Shown here one piece after another: positions 7,927 through 14,211 of a stretch of DNA of 28,626 nucleotides. Made by a program: the position numbers and the translations under genes. Each line of letters starts with the position of its first letter. Position 1 is the stretch's first letter. Source of the DNA: Acidimicrobiia bacterium. Its GTDB lineage: Bacteria; Actinomycetota; Acidimicrobiia; IMCC26256; PALSA-610. The notes beneath the pieces are model-generated. The model saw nothing but the letters and a program-made list of their open reading frames with translations. It ran no database searches and was not told the origin of the DNA. The DNA lies in NCBI GenBank assembly GCA_035563695.1, contig DATMUX010000750.1, positions 1 to 28,626 of the forward strand. The letters are read 5' to 3'.

Positions 7927-8673
7927 TCAGGGTTCCTGGCGGTCGAGCCAGCCGAGCAACATCGCGATAGCCCGGGGATCGTGGCGGAGTCGGTGCGCGC
8001 CGTTGGCCACGATGCGCAGCTCGCTTCCCTCACGGCCGGCCGCGGCGAGGGCGCGCGCGTCGTCGACGGGCACGACGTCGTCGGCCGATCCGTGGACGAG
8101 CAACCACGGCCGCGGTGCAACCCGGCCCGCTTCCGCCACGGGATCGAGGTTCTCGATTGCGCGAGTCCACGCGCCCGGATCGGGCGGGTACCCGGGAGTG
8201 CGCAGCACGCCCGTGCGGCGCGCGTACTCGAGGAACCACTCCGGGTCACGCACCCACGTGCGCAACGACGCCGGCGCGGCGAACGTCGCGATCCCGCGCA
8301 CGCGTTCGTCGTCGGCCGCGGTAATGATCGTCAACGTCCCCCCGAGGCGAAACCCCGCGATCCAGACGCCCGTGACGTCGCTGCGGCCGATCAGCGCATC
8401 GACGGCCGCGCGCACGTCGGCGAGCCAGCCTTCGATCGAGAAGTCACCCTCCGACGGTCCGGTCCCCCGGAAGGTGAACGTGAGCCCGGCCCACCCCGAC
8501 TCGCGCGCGACTCGATCGCACAGCGTCTGATCGGTGTTGCCCACGGCCGCAGCACCGCCCGGCCCCCGCGGGAAGCCCGGCACGACCAGCAGCGCAGGCA
8601 CGCGTGTCATGCCGCCCGGGCGCGCGAAGTGCGCGCTCAGACGCAGCCCTTCCGACACGATCTCCTCCATCAC
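7927..8673 (-). CDS. alpha/beta-hydrolase-fold protein lacking the canonical Ser nucleophile
   Basis: TFTFRGTGPSEGDFS, elbow IAGFRLGG, LLVHGSADDVVP and GAHRL. The start is GTG at 8673 or ATG at 8670. Confidence 0.85.
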   Translation of the reverse strand: MMEEIVSEGLRLSAHFARPGGMTRVPALLVVPGFPRGPGGAAAVGNTDQTLCDRVARESGWAGLTFTFRGTGPSEGDFSIEGWLADVRAAVDALIGRSDVTGVWIAGFRLGGTLTIITAADDERVRGIATFAAPASLRTWVRDPEWFLEYARRTGVLRTPGYPPDPGAWTRAIENLDPVAEAGRVAPRPWLLVHGSADDVVPVDDARALAAAGREGSELRIVANGAHRLRHDPRAIAMLLGWLDRQEP

Positions 8674-8698
8674 CGTCCCGTCGCCGTGGGTGAATCGT

Positions 8699-8704
8699 TA
8701 TCCT
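8699..8704 (+). promoter_or_regulatory. -10 element TATCCT, leaderless DUF1802 transcript
   Basis: TATCCT, then 7 nt, then GTG at 8712. Confidence 0.5.
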
Positions 8705-8711
8705 GGCCCGC

Positions 8712-9332
8712 GTGAGCGCCTCCATGACGAACCCGACCGACGGGGCCGCCCCGGCCTTGAAGGAATGGGCGGTCGTCGTGCACGCGCTGCTCGAAGGCGA
8801 ACAGATCGTCGACGTCCGCAAGGGCGGCTTGCGCGAGGACGGGCGCCACTTCGATCTGCCTGCACGCCGGTTCTGGCTTTCACCCACTGCGGAGCACCAG
8901 AAGGCAGAGCTGCTGAAGCCCGCGTACGCACACTGGATCGACCTGGCCGAGGCTTCGCCGGCCGGTGAAGCCGTCCGCCTGCACGGGTGGGCCGACGTCG
9001 TCGACGTCGCGACGATCACCGAACCCGAACACGTCGACGCGCTCGATTCCAAACTCATCTGGACGCGCGAGTACGTCGCCTCGCGCTTCAGCTGGAAGCA
9101 GCGCGACCCGCTGTGGGTTCTCGTGCTGCGCGTCCACCGGCTCGTGGAACCGGTGACGGTGCCGTGGCGCGACGACTATGGCGGTTGCACGTCGTGGGTC
9201 ACCTACGACGCGGTCCCCGCCGATCCGCTGACCTTGCCGTCCGATCTAGCGCTCTCCGACGTCGCGTTCGAGGCGAAGCGTAAGGGTGTGCGCGAGGCGC
9301 TGCCGCCGGAGTGCTGGATGGCGGGGCCGTAG
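8712..9332 (+). CDS. DUF1802 family protein
   Basis: ALKEWAVVVHAL..GEQIV..RKGGLRE, F.L.PT.EHQ and YGGCTSWV family motifs. Confidence 0.85.
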   Translation: MSASMTNPTDGAAPALKEWAVVVHALLEGEQIVDVRKGGLREDGRHFDLPARRFWLSPTAEHQKAELLKPAYAHWIDLAEASPAGEAVRLHGWADVVDVATITEPEHVDALDSKLIWTREYVASRFSWKQRDPLWVLVLRVHRLVEPVTVPWRDDYGGCTSWVTYDAVPADPLTLPSDLALSDVAFEAKRKGVREALPPECWMAGP

Positions 9333-9363
9333 GCCTTCGCCGCCGGCACCCATTCCGGGTGGC

Positions 9364-10992
9364 TCATCCCGAGCCCGACGCGGCGTCGACCTGCCAGACG
9401 GCGATGAAGGGTGATCGAAGGACGGGCGTGCCGACAGGTGGCGGTGGCGAGCTCCGTGACACGCTGCGCACCTCGAAGGTGGGCCCGTCGACGGGCTCCG
9501 AGGTGGAGCCCGAGTAGAGATCGATCCCGGGCACGAGGCGAAAGCGGTAACCGTCCTTGGCCAGAGCGAGCGCCACTGCGCCGGCGTCGAGGCCGCTCGC
9601 GCGGTCGCGCACCCCGAACACGGTGTCCCGGCTGGCGACCGCCTGCTCGATGGCGTGCGCGGCGAGGCGGGCCGAGGGTGAATCCCCGAAGGACACCGAC
9701 CGGCCCCGCAGCACGACCGTGTGCGACGCCGCGAGCGTGACGCCGATCAACACGGCGGCGCTGACCCATCCGGCCGCGACCGCGCGCCGCCCGGATCCCT
9801 CCCCCGCCGCGGCGAGGACCGCGAGCGCGCCGGCGCCGACGAGCGCCGGGATCCCGATCGTCTCGAGCCAACGAAGGAGATACGGAAGCAGCGGACCGAC
9901 GATCCGCGTCGTTGCCAGCTCCGCGACCAACAACCCGACCGGTGTCATCAGGCACAACACCGCCAGAAAACGGTTGCGTCGCCACCCGGCGATCGCTCCC
10001 CCGATGCCCAACACGACGAAGAGAGCGACCCACGCGTAACGCGTGTGGAGGTCGGCGACGCCGCGCGCCCGGCCGAGCGGCACCGCGGTCGCGACATCGC
10101 TGACCTGTACTGCCGCGTCGTGCAGCGAATGCGATGTCGCGCCGGCATCTCGAGGCGGGCTCGCGTAGAACCGGGCGATCTGCGTCAGGTTGCCGTCGTG
10201 ATTCGTCACCTGCTGATAGAGCGGCGGTAGCCACACGAGGAAGAGGAGCGCGGCGCCCGCGATCACGACGACGCGTTCCCGACGTGCGAAGCGAGGACGC
10301 CAGCCGCGCCCACCAAGGAACGCGACGACGGCGATCGCGACCGCGACCGCGCAGAGCGGAGCAGTACCGATGTGCGTCTGCACGAGATACGACGCCACAA
10401 GCCACGTTCCGACCAGCGCCGGAACGGACCCCGCTGCACTCGCGGCGACGCAGACGAACATCAGCAGCGCCGGCATCGCAAGCAGCGAAGGATTCCACGG
10501 ACTCGCGAGTTGATCGAAATGCAACGCGTGCACGATGAGCACGATCGCGATCACGGAAACGCGCGCCGCGAGCTCGCCGGCCATTCGACGCACGAGGAGC
10601 ACGATCAGCACCGCGCAACCCCAATTCAGGAACCAGCTCGACAGGAACAGGCTGCGCGATGCCTCGCCCGACAACCAATACGCCGGTGCCATCACCGCGA
10701 ACAGCAGCGATCCCGGATGGTGCCAGCCGAACCGCGAGTACGGTCCGAGCGCCGTACCGCCTCGCACCATCTGGCGCACCGCCAGCTCGATGAAGGCGAC
10801 GTCGCCGCCCGATGTGAACGGCCATCCGAGCGCACGAACCAGCTTGACGACGCCGAGCAGGCCGATCAGCCCGACCGCGAACAGCGAGAGCGGCAACGCC
10901 TCGATGCGACGGCCGACGCGGCCACGCCCGACCACGATCGGCTCCGAGGATCCCAAGTCCGCGGGTGGGGCCGCGTCGACGGCGTGCGTCAC
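9364..10992 (-). CDS. polytopic membrane protein, putative GT-C-fold glycosyltransferase
   Basis: Many hydrophobic segments. The first loop carries GGDVAFIEL...GPYSRFGWHHPG, followed by SPWNP and QTHIG, and there is a soluble C-terminal domain. GTGA overlap with the upstream ORF. Confidence 0.7.
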   Translation of the reverse strand: MTHAVDAAPPADLGSSEPIVVGRGRVGRRIEALPLSLFAVGLIGLLGVVKLVRALGWPFTSGGDVAFIELAVRQMVRGGTALGPYSRFGWHHPGSLLFAVMAPAYWLSGEASRSLFLSSWFLNWGCAVLIVLLVRRMAGELAARVSVIAIVLIVHALHFDQLASPWNPSLLAMPALLMFVCVAASAAGSVPALVGTWLVASYLVQTHIGTAPLCAVAVAIAVVAFLGGRGWRPRFARRERVVVIAGAALLFLVWLPPLYQQVTNHDGNLTQIARFYASPPRDAGATSHSLHDAAVQVSDVATAVPLGRARGVADLHTRYAWVALFVVLGIGGAIAGWRRNRFLAVLCLMTPVGLLVAELATTRIVGPLLPYLLRWLETIGIPALVGAGALAVLAAAGEGSGRRAVAAGWVSAAVLIGVTLAASHTVVLRGRSVSFGDSPSARLAAHAIEQAVASRDTVFGVRDRASGLDAGAVALALAKDGYRFRLVPGIDLYSGSTSEPVDGPTFEVRSVSRSSPPPPVGTPVLRSPFIAVWQVDAASGSG

Positions 10993-11219
10993 CCGTTCGA
11001 CGCCTCGACCGCCCGCGCCGTCCGATGCGGGCGATACCCGCGATTGCGCGCCTCGGCGAGCGATTGCGGAGCGATGGCCAGGAACGCCTCGGCCGACAGC
11101 AGGTCGTCGACCGCGGCAGTCACGGACGGATCGTGCCCGTAGAGGTCGAGGTCGTACACGATCATCGAGCGCTTGTCTCCGACGTAGCGAAAGTGCTCGA
11201 AGCGGATCGGGCGACTCAC
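10989..11219 (-). CDS. small hypothetical protein (76 aa)
   Basis: Start reassigned to GTG at 11219 (VSRPIRFEHFRYVGDKRSMIVYDLD...AEARNRGYRP). It has its own -10, and the longer ORF start at 11285 abuts an upstream terminator. Confidence 0.75.
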   Translation of the reverse strand: MSRPIRFEHFRYVGDKRSMIVYDLDLYGHDPSVTAAVDDLLSAEAFLAIAPQSLAEARNRGYRPHRTARAVEASNG

Positions 11220-11226
11220 GAGCAAG

Positions 11227-11232
11227 ACGTTA
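11227..11232 (-). promoter_or_regulatory. -10 element TAACGT, leaderless
   Basis: TAACGT, then 7 nt, then GTG at 11219. Confidence 0.5.
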
Positions 11233-11286
11233 CCGGCAGCCGCCGGAGCACCGGGCAACCGTTCACGTTCCGGGTCGCGGTGCACG

Positions 11287-11323
11287 AAAAGGAGATCGGG
11301 GGGCGCCTGAGCACCCCCCGATC
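11287..11323 (-). terminator. intrinsic terminator
   Basis: Minus strand GATCGGGGGGTGC-TCAG-GCGCCCCCCGATC forms a 13-bp stem with one U-G pair, followed by TCCTTTT. Confidence 0.8.
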
Positions 11324-11436
11324 ATTTCGACTGATTCGGACCCGTCGCGCCGTCACGTCGGTGGGACCATTTCCGACAGCTACGACGGTGGTGCGGCGGT
11401 TGACCTCCGCCAGGTGGTCCAGTCGAGTTCGACGGC

Positions 11437-11478
11437 CTAGCGGCCGCGCACCTCCGGGGTCCCAGGTTTATCGTGCAT
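11437..11478 (-). CDS. putative 13-aa small ORF MHDKPGTPEVRGR
   Basis: ATG...TAG, 9 nt downstream of GGAGGTG within a very strong Shine-Dalgarno-like tract. Translation is unproven. Confidence 0.35.
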   Translation of the reverse strand: MHDKPGTPEVRGR

Positions 11479-11511
11479 GTGCTGGACCACCTCCCTTCTC
11501 CGGTACCTACC

Positions 11512-11520
11512 GTTGTAGCA
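11512..11520 (-). promoter_or_regulatory. candidate extended -10 for the small RNA
   Basis: TGC-TACAAC on the minus strand. A 7-nt spacer places +1 at A11504. There is no recognisable -35, and the last base deviates from TAnnnT. Confidence 0.35.
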
Positions 11521-11568
11521 GATCGGGAACGAGCCTCGTGGCCGAAATGGCCGAGCGCCCGGATCCGC

Positions 11569-12027
11569 TCAGGACCCGAGCGGCGGGCGCGGCTCGTCGG
11601 GGCCCTGCGCTCTCGGCCCCACGGCACCGATCGCGCGGAGATAGGCCAGCTGCGTCTCGACGACGGCTCGCACCTGCTCGGGATCGTACGCCTCACCGGT
11701 CTCACCCGATCGAGCGCAGACATAGTCGACGGTCTCGGCCCCACCGACGACGACGTCACCGGGGGGATTCGCCGACGAGCCGTTGCCCGTAACGCCCTTG
11801 CGGGCGAAGAACTCGAGCTGGAACGCGAGAATCCGCCGCACGTCGTCCGGAGTCAGGGTGGCGGCGACCGCGTCGGGAACGTGCTCGACGACCCACTCGT
11901 AGGCCTCTTCGGGATCGAACACGGGAGGAGGCGGCTCCGCGGCCATCCGCGCCGCCTCCCGCATCACGAGCCAGGCCGCGATCGCACAGGCCACACCGAC
12001 CACCACCAACGCCGTCACCAGGAGCAC
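11569..12027 (-). CDS. hypothetical protein with an N-terminal transmembrane anchor
   Basis: 152 aa. A hydrophobic N-terminus (LLVTALVVVGVACAIAAWLV) precedes an acidic soluble domain. GC-rich coding-like codon use. Confidence 0.75.
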   Translation of the reverse strand: MLLVTALVVVGVACAIAAWLVMREAARMAAEPPPPVFDPEEAYEWVVEHVPDAVAATLTPDDVRRILAFQLEFFARKGVTGNGSSANPPGDVVVGGAETVDYVCARSGETGEAYDPEQVRAVVETQLAYLRAIGAVGPRAQGPDEPRPPLGS

Positions 12028-12033
12028 GTGCGC

Positions 12034-12039
12034 AACCTA
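12034..12039 (-). promoter_or_regulatory. -10 element TAGGTT (leaderless) overlapping the upstream stop codon
   Basis: TAGGTT, then 6 nt, then GTG at 12027. The TAG is the stop of the 12037-14145 gene. Confidence 0.5.
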
Positions 12040-14145
12040 CTGCTGCGGAGCGGTGGTCCCTTCGACCGGCGAGACCTCGAGCAGCCACGCGACAAGAGGT
12101 CGCGGCGCCGACCGCTGCGGCCGGTGGTCCATGACGCGCTCCGGTTCGTGTTCGTCGGCGATCTCGACATGCGTCACGACCTTCGCGTGGCCCCGGGCCG
12201 CGTTGAGGACGGCTCCGGGGCTCGACGTCACGACCATCAGGCGGCGACCGAGCCGGTGCCACGCAGTCGCAAGTGCGCCGATGTCGAAGTCGCCGTAGGT
12301 CCGGGGCTGCGCGACCGGGACGCCGCAGTACCCGCGCAGCGTTTGCGGCAACACCAGAGCGAGAGTCCCGTAGCCGTACACGAGTATCGCCGAGTCGTGA
12401 CCGGTCGCGGAGCAGAGCTCGCGCACCGCGGCCTGTGCACCATCCTGCATGCGCGCGTCGCGAAACGCGGCCGAACCCACGGCGCTCGGCGCCGAGATCG
12501 CGAGCGCGAGCGCGACCACGCCGACGCCGGCAACGGTCTTGACGGCGAGGCGCCTCGTGCGTGACAGCGTCGACCACAGCGCCGCAACGAAAGCCGCAGC
12601 GGCGATCGCGATGCCGGGCAGCACGACCGGGAGGAAACGGCGCATCGCCCAAGGCTGGTCGGGCGCGATGCTCGGCCGCGCAATGTACGCGATCGTCACT
12701 GGTGTCACGAGGAGCACCACGGCGGTCGCACCGCGGCGCCCGCGCACCGCAAGCCACCCGAGCACCACGAGACCGAGAAATGCGGCGATCACGGCGATCA
12801 GTCCGAAGTAGCTCGCGAACCAGTGCAGAGATCGACTCCAGTGCCATTGGTTGGTCGAATCACGCCACTGCGCCGTCGGGAGCTGACCGGGCGCAAGTTG
12901 CTGGAGATCGCGCGCGGGGTCGGGACGCCACACATAGGCCCAGACGAACGCGGCCGCCCCGATCAGCACCAAGAGCGCGAACACGTCCTTCCGTGCAGCC
13001 AGGGCGCGGCCGGTACCCGGACGCACCCGGTGCACCACAGCACCCGCGACGACCCCGGCGAGCGCCAGAACGATCAGCACCTCGACCAGCCGAATCTCGT
13101 CGGTGAAACTGTCGATGTACTCACGGCGCACGCCGTACATCAACCCGTACACGATGCCCGTGGTCGCGAGCAACGAGCCGGCGAACGCGACCACCACGCG
13201 CCGGCATCGAGCCGGCTCGACACCGTCGTCGCAACGGACCCACTCCACACCGGCGAACACGACGAGTCCGAGCACGATCGTGAACACATCGACTCGAGCG
13301 AACACTGCGGAGCCGATGACGGCTCCCGCAAGGGCCGCGAAGCCGGTTCTGCGTCGAGCGCGCGCCTCGAGATACAGCCATAACCCGCCGAGGACGACGA
13401 TCTGGACCACGAGCTCCGAGTAGGCGTCTCGAGAGAACCAGAGCTGCAACGGACTGATAACGAGCAACACGACGGCACCGAGCGCGTAGCGCGAACCGAT
13501 CGCTCGCGATGCGAGCGCATAGGCCGCGAGCACACCGATCGTCCCGAGCACAGCCGGGACCATCAGCATTCCGCCGTCCCCACCGATGGACCATCCGAGA
13601 GCGAGCAAGGCCGGGAGCATCGGGAAGAAGTTCATGCTCAAACGCCCGCGGGAGGTCTCGCCGAAGCCGGGCGCGGTGACGACGTATGACCGGTCGGCGA
13701 AGGGACCGCTCCGCACGAGGGGATCGAGCTCATGGGTGCGAGCAATCGAACGGCCTTCGTTGACGTACACGCCCGGATCGCGGTCCGTGAGCAAGTGCTC
13801 GGAGTGAAATCCCGCGGCGAGCGCCAGGAACCCTGCTGCGAGCACGATCGCGATGATCGCGGGCGTGGGCGACACCGGGCGGCGGCCGAGGCGCCGGGTC
13901 GCACCGTAGGCGGTCGCGGCGGCCGCGAGCAGCGCCGCCGTGAACGCGACGGCAGGCACGTAAACGTCCGCCATCAGCAGCACGACCGCGCCCGCGCCCG
14001 CGGTCGCGACGCCGACGATCGTTGCGGCCAAGCCGGCAACGAACCACGTCGGCAGCACTCGGTCGCTGAGCCGGGCCGCAGAAGGCGACACGCGCACGTC
14101 GTGTAACTCCGACACAACGGACGAGGAATCGGTCATCACCTGCAT
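12037..14145 (-). CDS. GT-C-like polytopic membrane glycosyltransferase, paralogue A
   Basis: TDRDPGVYVNEGRSIAR, MLPALLA, WFSRDAYSE, ARVD, APDQPWAMRRFL, with many TM segments. The start could also be 14139 or 14136. Confidence 0.75.
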   Translation of the reverse strand: MQVMTDSSSVVSELHDVRVSPSAARLSDRVLPTWFVAGLAATIVGVATAGAGAVVLLMADVYVPAVAFTAALLAAAATAYGATRRLGRRPVSPTPAIIAIVLAAGFLALAAGFHSEHLLTDRDPGVYVNEGRSIARTHELDPLVRSGPFADRSYVVTAPGFGETSRGRLSMNFFPMLPALLALGWSIGGDGGMLMVPAVLGTIGVLAAYALASRAIGSRYALGAVVLLVISPLQLWFSRDAYSELVVQIVVLGGLWLYLEARARRRTGFAALAGAVIGSAVFARVDVFTIVLGLVVFAGVEWVRCDDGVEPARCRRVVVAFAGSLLATTGIVYGLMYGVRREYIDSFTDEIRLVEVLIVLALAGVVAGAVVHRVRPGTGRALAARKDVFALLVLIGAAAFVWAYVWRPDPARDLQQLAPGQLPTAQWRDSTNQWHWSRSLHWFASYFGLIAVIAAFLGLVVLGWLAVRGRRGATAVVLLVTPVTIAYIARPSIAPDQPWAMRRFLPVVLPGIAIAAAAFVAALWSTLSRTRRLAVKTVAGVGVVALALAISAPSAVGSAAFRDARMQDGAQAAVRELCSATGHDSAILVYGYGTLALVLPQTLRGYCGVPVAQPRTYGDFDIGALATAWHRLGRRLMVVTSSPGAVLNAARGHAKVVTHVEIADEHEPERVMDHRPQRSAPRPLVAWLLEVSPVEGTTAPQQ

Positions 14146-14211
14146 CTCAGTACGGATTGTTCCAGAGGCGGATCGACATTGCGCGGTATCGCGTCATCGT
14201 GCGGGATGACC

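Larger units (their letters stand above)
11287..11504 (-). ncRNA. candidate structured small RNA / sORF-bearing RNA with an extended anti-16S-3'-end sequence
   Basis: Intergenic, with a candidate TGC-TACAAC -10 and a terminator. It has a perfect 11-bp stem (11412-11422/11482-11492), hairpins at 11395-11411, and nested stems 11350-11388. No family recognised. Confidence 0.6.

Noticed and set aside
8712-9332. DUF1802 as part of a restriction or defence system
   Set aside because: There is no nuclease, methylase or other defence gene nearby, so the sequence gives no support.
11287-11504. Assignment to SRP RNA, tmRNA, RNase P, tRNA or a known riboswitch
   Set aside because: None of the hallmark motifs are visible (SRP GGAAGCAGC loop, T-loop GTTCGA with CCA end, RNase P GAGGAAAGTCC), and the downstream gene has its own promoter after the terminator. 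A 6S/Ms1-like identity cannot be excluded without Infernal.
11461-11510. Degenerate 16S rRNA gene fragment on the plus strand
   Set aside because: Similarity is confined to 19 nt. The flanks lack the helix 44/45 sequence (GTAACAAGGTAGCCGTA...), and the terminator polarity favours the complementary strand.
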